Part shown: piece after piece, positions 12,732-26,000 of the stretch
Layout of the letters: each line of letters starts with the position of its first letter
How positions within the stretch are numbered: the first letter of the stretch is position 1
NCBI GenBank assembly: GCA_040954595.2
Contig: CM082596.2
Coordinates: forward strand, 8,076,468-8,140,467
Length of the DNA stretch: 64,000 bases
Direction: 5' to 3'
From: Balanoglossus misakiensis
Taxonomy: Eukaryota > Animalia > Hemichordata
Translations under genes and position numbers: made by a program
Notes under the pieces: model-generated
What the model saw: only the letters and a program-made list of their open reading frames with translations
Databases searched by the model: none
What the model was told of the DNA's origin: nothing

Positions 12732-14843
12732 GGTCGACTCAATCCATCAAACTTTTATCAGATCCATTTCCGGATATATACACTTTGCCAGTTTTTTCCA
12801 CCAATGAAAGACCCATGGCTAAAAACATAAGTCAAACGCCACACGACACGGGGCTTGGCCCCGGTTGGAACGGATAACATTGAAGTTTTGGGCGGTGCTG
12901 TCAACTTTGACTCATGCACGGAAGTATTTATGAGTGCCACGCATAAATAAACCAAGGTTGGGCATGGCTTTAATTAATGGTTTCTCCATGCAGTCCATCA
13001 TTAGCCATGGATGGAGTGCATATGCAACCATAACATATACGCCGTGCGTTGACTCAAAATTACACCAGCCGTCCACAAACAAAACAACACGTGAAAGTGG
13101 TTTCTTTCAGAATTATTACTCACCGAACCCAAGACGTCAAATTAAAGCCCCTGTAGACGTAAGACTTTAGCCCAGCTGAGTGAAATACACTTGACACACA
13201 CACACGACCGCTATCCACTGCAGTTATGTTGAGTTGACGACATCGCGACAGACTTCTCTCGTTCAAATTTCGCTCTTCCTGGAAAACACACCCACAAGGC
13301 CACAAGGAAATCGCGCTCCACCATATAGTTGTTACGGATAAAAATGCGAGCTGTGTTTACGATATAACCACCGAAAAACCTTCCATTCGGGGTGACCTGA
13401 CTCTCCGCACCTGAAGTGGTTCTCCAAACATACACCTCATATGCAAATTACGCACTTGTGGGTCCAGGTGAAAGGTCATGTACCTTGTGGCTGGGCTGCT
13501 GAATTCTACGGGGAAATCGAAACACAGAGATTTCCTCTTGAAATTTTGAGTAGCAATTTGATTAAAGCCGTTAATATAAGGTTTCGGGTATTTACTTTTT
13601 GAATTCAGGAATTTTTGACACAAGAATGAACGAAAAAGATAGTTTCGCAAACTTTTTGAACAGCGCCGCTACAGTCAGATGTGATAAATGTTTTGTTTTT
13701 AATAGGCAGCCTAAGGTAGACGACTCGGAGGCGCTGTATCATATACATACATGTTCTTGCTTCTATAAACAACAAATTCAGATGCTGGAGGAATATTTTC
13801 ATGGTGACATGCCCAATCAATTAAAATCTTAATAGTATTTGACTTTGAAAGTAAATCACAGTGGAAGCAAATGGAACTGATGACTAATAATAAATATGCA
13901 AACAACACTACCTACCAATGCCGAGTGAAAATATTGTTCTATTTATACTATAAATAAAAACAAGTTACATTTTACTATTTAAACTGATTGAGTGATGAAA
14001 GATCACACTTTTGCTGATAAATTATTTCCATCAAATTTATTGTTTGGTCAAGGGAAAAAAAGACATACATGTATTCTGAAATTTATACAAATATTTGGAG
14101 ATAGATTCATTGCTAGAAAGGTGTTTTTTTGCACAAATCATTGATTGTAGCTAATAGGCAAAAATCATAGAAAATGCATAGTCTGTTGTTTTCCAAGAAA
14201 GAGAAATTACACACAAAAATGCAAATAGAACAGAAAGAATTCTTAGTGTTGTTGGGAGTGACATCGCATACATGCCAATGTGGTATGTACACTACCACTT
14301 TTGAGCCCAACTTGAAAAAAATATAAGCAATTTTCAGCTGAAATAAGAATACATGGTATGTACTTCCATTTTGTGTAAATCCTTAATTAATAAACTAATG
14401 CCCTATGTTCAATACATTCAGCTGATGTATCTGAGATGAAAAGCATATCTGAGTTCAGTAACTGGATCCAACATGACCATCTCTCAGTATATTAAATATA
14501 ATAATTTATTGAAGTTTAAGGATGCTACAGAGATCACTGTTGTTGCCAAAGAGCTACTTCATGCCTGGTTTCTTGCACATCTTTCTATCCATAAAGAAGA
14601 TTGGCCTACATCAGTTGAGTGCCTGCATCTTGGCCAATCAATGATTGACCGGCTATTCTGTTTCAGTGTTTCTGATGTCATCACCACTATCCAAATGGCT
14701 AACCAGAAGTTAAGCCATTAGTGTGCCAGTTTGCTGAGCTTGCATTTCTTTGCCGATGACATTAGACTGCAGTACAGAAAACTAAAACAAATACACTCTG
14801 ACTTTGAATGGCACGTATGAATACCGAACTAGATAAATCTGCC

Positions 14844-17710
14844 CTAACTTGAAAAGAATTTGACACCTTCATTGCCGATAAGTTCTGCTTTTCTCTTGCC
14901 CTCTAAAATCTTCAACGACCTCCGGAGAAGTTCCATATCGAGATCGTGGAATTCTGAAATGGAAAAGCGGATTAACTTTTCAGTCCAATCAAAGGGATGC
15001 AGTGAACATCGTTTCATTTATACAAGAATCGCCACAATTAAAAACTCACATACAATAACCTTCGTTATTTATCAGTATTTACTAGCCACAAAAATCATCT
15101 TCAGCGTGTCAAGGGTTGACTTTGTATAACCTCGACAACTGCAGAAACTTTAACCTCAGCAAGACCCATGGTTGACAACAATCAGGGCCAGGATAACCCA
15201 AGAATTCACATTGGAACGAAAAAAACACATGAAGTAAATACATTACCTTCTTTAACTGTGTCATCCCCACTCACCAATTCATATAATGTACACACAGAAT
15301 TCACCATTCCGTTACTGCATGCCTAAAACATACAAGACAGACAGACAGACAGATATGGTTGTGTGTCTCAGAAATACGTTCTGAACGAGTATTGCAGTAT
15401 TTTAAATGAAGCATTACTAAGCAGCCTCCAGACATTTACATTTACATTATTATTTGAATTAATCATGTACCATCTAACAAATTATATGTAAACCATAACA
15501 CGACAATACCGGTAGAAAACAGGGTCTTAATATGAATTCTGCTATGCTAATTTGTGTGTGCACTCTCTCTCCCCTATAAAGGATTATCCGTTCAGTCACA
15601 TCTCCAAAGAATACGCACACTGAACTAGAACCATGAGAACAGCTCTCTCCCTCTATCACACACACCTCTAGCTCTCTGTTACACAGAAATGAGCAAACCA
15701 ATTCTCCCTACCTTAAATAGTTTTAAGGTACCTAAGTGAGTGATGAAAATCTCATATGGTCGACACAATTTCAAGATGGCCAATTTTTGCCATGTTTAAG
15801 AAATAGGAGTTCATAAACTAAAGTGATGATGGGTCATTCTGAAACTTTTTAACAGAAAAAATAACAAAATGTGAAAAAAGTTTTATGAGTTTAATATGGT
15901 AACTACAAAGACAGTCATTTCTTCTATCTCTTACTACAGTGGGTTGTTGACTTTTCGACCAGAATGCAATGTGATTTGACCCCCTAGCGCAAAGTGAAAA
16001 CCTATTTAAGGCAGCCAGAATTCTGCATCCAAAAAGTTTGTTTATATCTTACCCATTGATATATAAGAGATCCCCACTCTTCAGGTGTCCTCCACATAAT
16101 GAGACACCTCCTCCGACTTTTATCTGCCCATTCTAAATTACCTAAAATAGAAAGAACATCAATATCAAGAGATCAGCTTTTAAATGATTCCTGATTGTTA
16201 TCTGTAAAAAGTTTCAATATATAAAAAAGTTTCAGCGACAAACAGAGGGAAAATAATTGGATAATCCAACAAAAACTTTCCATTGACATTGCGACAACCG
16301 TGCATATGTAAATGGCTTGGGAAATGTTGCATGCACAATGTAGTGGTTCACAGCGACTGGCTATTAACAAGTACTGAGAGGGATCTGTCCTGAATGAAGT
16401 GAATATCTGAATATGAAAACTACCATCACTGGAAACGCAAAAAATACTGAAAGTCGCATCAGCACTGATAACATCAAAAAGTTGAAACAACACTCAACTT
16501 ACCCTTCTTCCTCAATTCCTCCAACACAATATGTACTGCATCAGTCGGTAGTTTTCCTGTGAAAAATCCTGTTAAGGAAATTACTAGATACAGTGGTTGA
16601 ATCATGATAAGACAAGACAAGCTTTTCTTGCCAAATCAGTGGAAATCACATTTGGTTTTCAGGGTTTCTCGCATAAAAATTGCATTCCACGACCATTATC
16701 AGATCTTGTCAGCGTTCAGTAATATAGGTGAACAAGTCAGTGAAATAGCCTGTGCTGTTAGGAGTGCTCAAATGGTCAAGTTGAGTACAAACATGTTACA
16801 CTATGAGCCTTGCCAAGTTGGTGAAATGGGGGAAATGTTGATCCCTCACTCCTTTTAACCAACTTGGCAGGATAGCATAGATGTATTAAATTAATGAGAG
16901 GGCTCATGATCATCCCTGTCTTTGGTAAAAGTGGTGCACACTTCTTGATGAAAAGGATACTGTCAATTTTACTATTACAGAAGAGTGGGCTTGATTGTGC
17001 TTCTGTGATGTCTAGACTGAATGCTTTCTTGTGTTTATGGTACGAGAGAACCAGGCTACACCATGCTTCCAGTTGTGTCTGCCTCGTCTCTAGGTTTGGT
17101 TGAAGCCTGCAAGATACAACAATGTTAGTTTTCTGGAGACAGGGGTATTTCAATTAGATGTACACATATAGACCACACTTATAGCCAAAAAGAATTCGGT
17201 CATGGCATTTCTTGGTGGTGTGCGAACGGGGTATATGGTAGAGTGTTATATGTAATTAAATTAGGCAGTTTATTACACTGTGCTAATTAGTCCAAACGTA
17301 AACAACAACAAAACCGGTACATCAACAACACCATAATCGCGTAGAAACCTGTCATTTTTTTCAGTTTTTAAAAGCAGTACTTTAATCCTACTAGGAATAT
17401 CTACGAATAGAGCCAAGCAAGAATTCAACTACTCTGTCAGTGTGTGTAATATCATTGACGTATCAATGCATGCCCCAAAATGTGTTTTACACGATCTGTG
17501 ATCATGTATGGCACCGGTTGAATGCGGAAGTGATAACATGTAAGTTGATGCATGCCGGGCGTTTCACCCAACAAACAACGCCTACCACACGATTTGTTGA
17601 CAGGTGCATCTTGGAATTTAGAATTGCGTCGACAAGAAACTTCCAAAAATGTGTACTTACGTGAAGAAGGGAGGGAAATTGTATTGCCACGGCCACTCGA
17701 ACGTCGCCAT
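14844..17710 (-). CDS. VPS25: Vacuolar protein-sorting-associated protein 25 (ESCRT-II subunit), 6 coding exons, 174 aa
   Basis: Exons (minus): 17661-17710, 16961-17106, 16503-16556, 16053-16141, 15247-15322, 14844-14953. All introns are GT-AG with consistent phases; total 525 nt. Translation MATFEWPWQYNFPPFFTLQPNLETRQTQLEAWCSLVL...RKLPTDAVHIVLEELRKKGNLEWADKSRRRCLIMWRTPEEWGSLIYQW...EFHDLDMELLRRSLKILEGKRKAELIGNEGVKFFSS* matches the VPS25 family (PPFFTLQP, WRRPEEW-like and GVKF motifs). Confidence 0.97.
16557..16960 (-). other. U12-type (minor spliceosome) GT-AG intron 2 of VPS25
   Basis: 5' splice site reads GTATCCTTTT (16960-16951). Branch point TTCCTTAAC (16579-16571) lies about 13 nt before the CAG acceptor, with no long polypyrimidine tract. 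Confidence 0.92.
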
Positions 17711-18325
17711 TTGTAATACCAAACTGTGATCTTTAAACTGCGCATGTCAAGAATTCTCAGCGTGAAGTACCTGCAGTGAAGGGATATCATAGTAATTTCG
17801 ATGAAATTGTGATCAAGACATGAACAAAAAGAGTTATTCTAATCTTTTTTTGAAGGAGTTCACCTAAAATACCGTCGAATATGGTCAAAAAAGTAGCTAA
17901 AACTTTAAACGTATCATGGCTGCTGTTATATCCTGCTATTAACCAATCACAGCCTGCTTTATGAATTCCTTTCGGAATCACATTTTATCCTCTGTCACAA
18001 ATATGATTTGCCGCCCACAAAATCCTATGAAATTTGAAACAATTATTTACGCATAAAGATCTTGTTCATTTTTAAGGGAAATAATGTAATACTGACTGGA
18101 ATGAAATGTTTTATTTATTGTGTTTTGAACCGGTCAAATAGGTAAGCGAAAATCTTTCGAAACGAGGATAAAGGTCATGAACTTTGTATAACTTCCGCTA
18201 CAAATTTATTTATTACTCACCTCTGAAAACAAACGCAGACTGTTGGCAATCGGATGCGTGATGTCGTAAATTTTCTGCCCGTTCGCCTTAATCTTGCCTT
18301 TACATTGTACGCAAACGATTCTTAG
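17711..18325. promoter_or_regulatory. Probable bidirectional promoter of VPS25/UBE2F, including a likely non-coding first exon of UBE2F
   Basis: The genes diverge. Motifs: NRF1-like TGCGCATG 17739-17746 and ETS ACTTCCG 18191-18197. A strong donor AG|GTAAGT follows 18325, and an acceptor TTTTCAG| lies just before 19154, 6 nt upstream of the UBE2F ATG. Confidence 0.6.
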
Positions 18326-18722
18326 GTAAGTAATAAAGTGATAGCGCCACGGCTTTGCAAAGCAAAAATGGTAAAGGGATGTACGATCGCGATGGGTTGA
18401 ATGACATATCAGAGTGATTGACGATGTCAGACTCGCATCCCGGTAGTAACAGACTATTGTTGTGATCCTGGTCCCCATTAGTTATTCAATGATCAATCCG
18501 ATTGGAAGGGGCGGAAAGATGCGTGCAGGTCTGGTATAATTCGATAATGCGATTCTAAAACTACCCGCACCTACCATTGAGAGTAACAATAGGTTGGTAC
18601 TTAGAGCAGTCTTGTCGTCCGGTCATGATGATCTTGACCTCTGATGATACAAACATCATCCAGGAAGTACAAAGAACACTGAATAAGATTTGGGATTTTA
18701 GAATTCAATAATTTGATTAGAC

Positions 18723-18744
18723 CGTAGATCCTCCAGGGTCTACC
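18723..18744. mobile_element. Decayed copy of the CATAGACCCT palindromic footprint
   Basis: ATTAGAC|CGTAGATCCTCCAGGGTCTACC|ATCAGAC; the 7-bp flanks differ at one position. Confidence 0.45.
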
Positions 18745-19159
18745 ATCAGACCTAATGCATGCTCAGTTATAATAATGTAATTTTCATTGAACCAAAATAA
18801 CATCAAGGTAAATGTACTGAGGTTATCAGTCAGCAAAATAGAAAAACAATCATCAAAAGACATGCTTAGCGCAGTAACGATCCGATTTAAGTTTCCAACT
18901 GGGTTAGCTTTGGGCTAACCCAAGGGTAGCCAGCATTAGCAAATCTAGCGCATAATTGTCACACCTCATTAGCACACAGATACTTTACTGTACATATCTC
19001 TTACCTGTTCTATTAAATAGCACAGGCAGAAGAAACAACAGGGAAATCAGCTATTGATACAAGGTCAACCTATTGTTAGGCCAGTGACAGCTTGATCTGT
19101 ACTGTGACATATCTGCCTCTCGTTCCAAAATGTCAATGTGTCCCTGTTTTCAGGTCACC

Positions 19160-21300
19160 ATGATTACCTTGTCCAAGAAATTAAAACAGGATGCCGAAAA
19201 GAGGCAAGTGAGAACTCCAGTGGACGACAGTAAACGAGCTTCTGTGAGAGACAAACTCTTAGTCAAGGAAGTTCAAGAATTAGAAGCGAACATGCCAGGT
19301 AAAGTGAAAGCTGCATTTGTGATTTAACCCTAATGCTACTGGGTGTCATATCTGTTTATAGTGTCAATTCCCTTAAAATACGTATTTGCTACTTTTTCTT
19401 CTAAAACGTATTTTGACTGTCTTGACATGGCTCTCATACGTACTTAGACACACTTGGCAGTCTGAGCCCCCCGAAAAATGTACCAAATCGCACTGGTTTG
19501 ATTTGAGGGTCTTGTATAGGCCCTACTGATCAACACGCACTTGGCTGTCTAACGGGCCTGGGAGCCAGGATTCTAGGCAACCTGGAAATCAAACCAGTTT
19601 CAACTGACTTGGCAGTGGTAGGGTTAAGAGTGACCCAGTCTTCCAATGTGCATGTTCAAGATTTGATGTTCTCAATACTGAGTCTGTCTATAGACATTTT
19701 CAGCTAACACCCAACAGTGATATGAAACAAGGGGCAATCATTGTTTTTTCACCCCCATTTCCTTTGTATAAAGGTCCAGTATTGCTATTGAAAACACTGG
19801 CGTTGGACCAAACCATGGTGGTGAAAGGGTTAAAGTAAATAGCTGATACACATGAAACATGAATACATACAAGGGTCACATTTTTGTGTTCTGTACATTT
19901 GTAGGTTCGTGCAAAGTTCACTTTGACGACGTGAACAAGTTGCATCAGTTCAAATTAACCATAGCACCAGATGAGGGACATTGGAGAGGAGGTCGCTTTC
20001 ATTTTAGGGTCAATGTGCCAGAGGAATATAACATGGTGGTAAGTCTTGACGTTGGATCTTTCATATGTCAATGAATAAAATTGTAAAATTGTGAACATTG
20101 TTGATCTTACTCATTTAAAATTACATATACCCAATCCCCATTTTCCAAGTCAGCAAAAAACCCTTGCATCAGTGCAGTTGGCTGGGCAGACCCATATTTA
20201 GGGAAACAGCGGATCAGATTATTTTGTATTTGGCAGTACATGTATTTGCGTATCAGACTCTGTTACTAAACCCTGTATAATTCTACAAGGAAAGTTCACG
20301 CACAGAACAAACCAAAATATAGAGAATCCATATGTATACTGAAACTGCAAGGTTATAGTTGTGTTTCCAGTGCCAGCATAGCTTCCTTATTCGCACGACA
20401 AATCCCTCCATGACATTTACAAGTTATCTTTCATTTTCAACAGCCACCTAAAGTTATTTGTGAAACTAAAATATGGCATCCAAATATTGCTGAAAATGGA
20501 GATATATGTTTAAGGTTAGTATTAAAAACTACTGTACTTATTTAAACAATTGGAAGTCTTCTTGGCGGGGGCTTAGTTGATGGCAGTTATAAGAACAACA
20601 CCCATCACCATAATGTTCAGTATTTTTTTTTTAATTTGTCAATCAGTGGATTTTAGATGTATAAAATATCTCTTATATGAACACAAAGTTGGTAGCAAAA
20701 ACGTCCCATTTTCTTCACAGTTTACTACGAGATTACTCAGTAGATGGTACTGGCTGGGCACCTACAAGAAAACTCAAAGATGTAGTCTGGGGTCTTTGTT
20801 CACTATTCTCAGTAAGTCTTGATCTTGTTTGCAGTTATTCCGAGGTACACTGCACTATCCATTTCAAACAGTGCATTCCACACAAAAGTATAAAAAAATA
20901 GATGTTCTAAAACATGACGATGTTGCTTTGCGCAAATTGTGCAGTTTAGAACAACAGTGTGCAATGTTGACGACAAAAAATGTAGAGGGGGAAGCTGAGG
21001 ACATTTGCTGAAGGTCTGAAGCAGAGTTTGTATTATTTTCATCCTTTGTGATCCAATACTAACTGACACCAAATGTTTTCATCACTCTGTTCTGTCCATT
21101 GAAATTTGCTTTTTTGCCATGATCCAGTGTACCTGTTCCAAATTTCAATTTTTTCTCTCTCTTGTGTTTCACTATCTTTGCAGGATTTACTTAATTTCGA
21201 CGATCCATTAAACATTGATGCTGCAGAACATTTCTATAGGGACAGGGAAGGATTCAAGTCAAAAGTTCACGAATATGTAAGGAGATATGCACAAAGATGA
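19160..21300 (+). CDS. UBE2F: NEDD8-conjugating enzyme UBE2F, 5 coding exons, 183 aa
   Basis: Exons: 19160-19298, 19905-20038, 20444-20514, 20721-20811, 21184-21300. All introns are GT-AG with consistent phases; total 552 nt. Translation MITLSKKLK...[19 protein letters not shown]...[49 protein letters not shown]...[16 protein letters not shown]...YVRRYAQR* has the E2 HPN motif, the catalytic Cys, and UBE2F-specific segments. Confidence 0.97.
19328..19623. mobile_element. piggyBac-like MITE in a UBE2F intron
   Basis: TTAA|CCCTA...TAGGG|TTAA with short imperfect TIRs. Confidence 0.55.
19747..19829. mobile_element. Family A MITE (reverse orientation)
   Basis: ...GGACCAAACCATGGTGGTGAAAGGG|TTAA. 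Confidence 0.75.
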
Positions 21301-22220
21301 TACGCAAGCGACTCGATCAAACATTCAACTTTGCTCTATTTAATTATGATGTATATTACATGGTGGCATTTCAGTTTCTCTCGTCTAACCCATCGGATGC
21401 CAGGAAAACACTGTGTCTTCCTGCTGCGCTTTTTTCCTGTGGTAAAAGTAGAATTCGACGATCAGCACAGACGGTTCCAAGATTTTCAGTGGCAGAGAGA
21501 CGATGTGTGCTTACATGAATTTCACTGGCATGTTTCCATGGAGATACAACTTGATGGACCGTCATTGTTTTGAAATTGGCTGTACGCATGATCCAAGTGC
21601 TAAACAAGTGTCCAAGACTGAAATCATAAATATTTGCTGGTACCAACCATAAAAAGACTATCACCTAAATTAAATCTTGTTAGCAGCATGACATCAAAAG
21701 TTTACGAGACTAACAACTTCCGCCAAGTAATGTTGTCTGATGCAGTTTGCTGTTTTAGTCACAGGGAGAAACGTTTTCCAGGACATCCATCTGGAAGCGA
21801 CAAAACAAATGTACAAATGTCCAATTTTCTTCAGGTTAGTTTATAATAAACCAGTGACGTTGAAAACAATTTAGGTCCAAAGACACTGTTGCTGTGATGC
21901 ATCTGTTTTGCTTTTGCCATCAGCAACGTCTCGCCTGGCAGAGTTGATATCAAGACCAACACATCATCTTTGTACAAACCACTTTAACAATGGCAACCCC
22001 CACCCAGAAGAAAGCAACAAGGTGACATTACTCTGACCTTTGCCCTGTGGTTCAAGGGTCATGATAATACCTCTTGACTGTCTCTGCCATGTGAAGATTT
22101 TCATACATTTACCAAAGACAGTGTAGTTTTACTAAAAAGTGTAAGCATTCTGTAGTAAATAGTATTTTATTTCTGTGGGTAAACTGGGCTCTGTTCTTTC
22201 AGTGTGCACTCACAGAGGAC

Positions 22221-22226
22221 ATTAAA
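22221..22226 (+). terminator. Candidate polyadenylation signal of UBE2F
   Basis: ATTAAA followed about 15-45 nt later by a GT-rich and T-rich downstream element. An alternative AATAAA lies near 21845. Confidence 0.4.
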
Positions 22227-22972
22227 TCTAAAACACATCTGTTGTTTGTGGAATGTTTTTTTTTTTTTTTTGCTAGACAATGCTGCATCAAGCTATGATT
22301 TTAACGAAGATCCTATTCATTATTCTTGACACATGCACTTCAATACTCAAGTCTATTCATGTTACATTAATACACCAAGTGTACATTCAAAGTATTAAAT
22401 TCTAGTTCAGGGATTGGGAAACACTTCTGCACCTCGATCCACATGAAGTATCCCATTTCAGGGTGGAGCTCCCCCAACGACCATTTTGGGAAATATACCA
22501 AGACATACCAAACGTTCAATGTTCAAGGGAACACACCACAAAATCCAATAGACAAGTAAAATGACAAACACAATGGGGCTGGCTGTCTAAAGTCACTGGC
22601 AAGTGGAGGTACCAAGTGTCAGGAGTATTATGCTAAGATGTAAAACCCAGTGCTAACCACTAATTTCTATCAATCAGTTGTGTACCATTGCAATGATTTT
22701 GATAGTGAGTGATGACTCAGATTATTGTTCTACCTGTATGCTAAGAATATTGTGAGACCAGTGGCCATGTTGTTATCACCCAATGTTACATTTCTGGCGA
22801 GCATTACCTGAACATATCCATAATTTCAACTTCATTCCATGATATAAGTTTCATCATCTGAATGCTAAGGTTGAAGCTATGGTCACTTTGGGAGTTGTTT
22901 ACTTTAGTAGTGTGGACAAACTCGCTCCATCTCTACCATCCCATAAAGCTGGCTTTGCAACCTTAAAGCTTG

Positions 22973-23056
22973 CCTTTCACCACCGTGGTTCAGTCCAAAC
23001 CCATTGTTTTCTATGGTACAGTTGGACTTCTAAACAGGGAACTGGGGGTGAAAGGG
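22973..23056. mobile_element. Family A MITE
   Basis: CCTTTCACCACCGTGG...GGGGGTGAAAGGG|TTAA. Confidence 0.75.
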
Positions 23057-26000
23057 TTAAGGAAAGGAAGAAAAATTTTAGAATACAAGGCTCTGGGAAG
23101 TGAATTGCAGACAACAGTATCACCTCTCTTTCTTACACACCAGCAAAATAACGACACAAATTCGAAAAATACTTGATAGAAGTGATAAAAATTTATTTAC
23201 AAATCCAACAAAGTGGAAATTGGTAGTGAAAAGAAGCTAACAGGCAAAAACAGGAAGAAATTATCGAAGCAAAAAATGCAAAAAGGGGTTGGCAAGCTAC
23301 CAGCAGAACTCTCAACTCTTTCGGGAGAAAAATCATTAAAATATACCTACACCTAACTGAGTTTTTCTGGAAATCTATACTGATGATAAGGAGAGCTGAA
23401 GAGAAAAACAAAATGTTTATTTTCAGCAAAGAGAGAAAATTTCAACCCTCACTGTATGCAAGGGTCTTTATGTCAATTTCTATCTGGTGGCCCGGGAGAT
23501 CTTACTTCCTATTTGGAAGGGCCATATCCATCTTTCTGATCTTCCTCTGTGCTCTTCCCCAAGCACATTTTCAACGCTTTTTTTCTGTCTGTCAGCAATG
23601 CATAAATTGAACAGAGCACCATAAAAATAAACGCTGTTGAAAAAAAAAAAGATCACTCCCATTGCATGTAGTGAGGGGCACCATCATGATTCTTTCCTTC
23701 CTTTACCCACCATGCTCTGTTGGACTCTCATAACCTAACAAGTGCATGCTGGGAGCTACTAGTCCTACAAGGAATGAGGTAAGAAGAAGAAAGAAGTTAA
23801 GTTTGTTGAAATTTTTATATGTACATAATTTTTCTTTACTTACAGAAAAAAAAAATCAGAATACAGACAGGTAGGTATACAAAAACCTTCCAACTAATAC
23901 GGTTTGGCATATCCACACACTTCATACCCTATGAAATGTGCATTAATTTCTCTTAAAGTGATTTTTGCATTTGACGCCATTCTGACACATACAAAGTCTG
24001 ACTATAGCATAGGATTCGATTAGAGCAACATTCCCTTACATGTAATATTTCTACTCATTGTAATATTTGCAATTACATTTTTTTGGTAATTTTTCTAATT
24101 TTTTTCTCTCTGTCTCAATTCTAAAGATTCGTCAAAATGTTTAGTGTTTTTAACCCTATGATATTAAATTACAAGTTATACAAGATAAATGTGGTCTCTT
24201 GAAATGCTTTGGATCTGACAACAATCCAGTGGGTTTCGTGACAGCATCTGAAGCCATTTGCAAAAAAAAAAAAAAAATAAAGTGAATAAATAAATATTGA
24301 AAAAATTGGACATCTTTCTTACTCTGTGGTGGTTGTAGTTCTACCCTGATGAAAATATCACTTGTCAACTCGGACAGAATTTACAAGTTGGAAAAAAATC
24401 ATTGTGCTTTTAGAACTATTTTACAGGTAATCCCTTTATTACGAGTCTATATCATGACTTTTCTACCAGGAGTTTCCATGGAGGCTGAATAAGTTGTTGT
24501 TTTTTCTCCCATTTGTCGCTGATGGACTTGCCAAATTCTGGAATTTAGGTAGTAGTGTTGATGAACAAACGGCCAAGCCAGTCTTCATATGAGCTGTACT
24601 GAAGCCCTCCCCTACAACATGCTAACTTTTCTGTCATATACAACGTGCCCATGTCAACCTGCACATATCTCAACATCTTACGGACTACTCTCGGACTTGA
24701 CCTTCACTCTAACTACCATCTTGCTCATTTCATCCAACTTGACATTTGACCCAAAATGATTCTGTAAATGTGACATACGACAACCTTTCATTGACTGAGC
24801 TCGTGAGAAACCCGAACTTGTGGGGTCAAAGTTCACAGTTTCACCCAGACAGGTAGCACTTCCGACAAAAAAACCCGACTTGAAACTACTCTGGAACCAT
24901 GATCACTGTTGACATTTGCCTCCAATAGTGAAAATTCGGAGAAACCTATTTTTGGAAGTCAGACATGCAGACTAGATTTAGATATCGATGACTTACAATT
25001 TTTACTATGCTTCACTTTCAGTCAGAGCAATTCACAGTACACTGCACAAAGCAGAGAACTTTATTCTGCGTGCAGCTACTACACCATGAAGGCCCTTGTC
25101 AAAAACTTATCCCAAGTGCAAATGTCACAGCCTAAACACTTCACCATCCCACGCCATTGAACTGGCTATATCCATCATCTGCTAACAATGTAACTATATC
25201 ATTCAGCAACATCCGAACGAACAAGATTGTAAATGACCATTTCATAGTACCATTTCGTTTCATAGTCTATCACATCACCTTCAGTGGTCAAGTCTACTTA
25301 TTTCATAATTTTTCACACATCATTTTCAACATCAACGAGTGGCAGTCAGAACAGCGATACACCAGATTAATTTGTTCCAGCATCAAGTACTAATTCTTTC
25401 GTACATCCTGATACTTGCATGATTACACTTCTACTAGTCTCATGATTATCTAATTATTTCTGATCAATCTATTACTTCATTTCTTTGTTACTTTTTGGCA
25501 GTGTTTTGGAAATTTTGCATTGTAACAGTGCGCCATGTCGAGTGCTGCATGGTAACACACACCCTTAGAGGATACACATCATCTTCAAACCACATCAGTT
25601 TTAAAAGCACAAAGTGTATTGTACCTGAAATCACACAGACCTACGTCTGATGCAACTCACAAGACTGCTTATTGGCTATTTGTTGGTGCAATTTGCCTCC
25701 AAATTTAACTCAATTTTTGCCCCGACGTCTCCAGTACACCTGTAAATGGCTCCATCTTGCCACGGAAAATAGTGATTGGCTGAAAGTCCACGGGTCAGAG
25801 TTCAACACCACATATCAATCAATAACAGGTCAAAGATCAACCAGTGATGTGAATGGGTGAAGGATTCTAGCCAGTCGCAAAACGGTGGATTGTTAAAACC
25901 AGAACACAAATTTTGAAACACTGTGTGGCTCGCGAGTAATTCTTCCCCCAAAAAACTAAATGACATACCACTGGATGTCGGTCAGCCTGGGACCCCTGTC

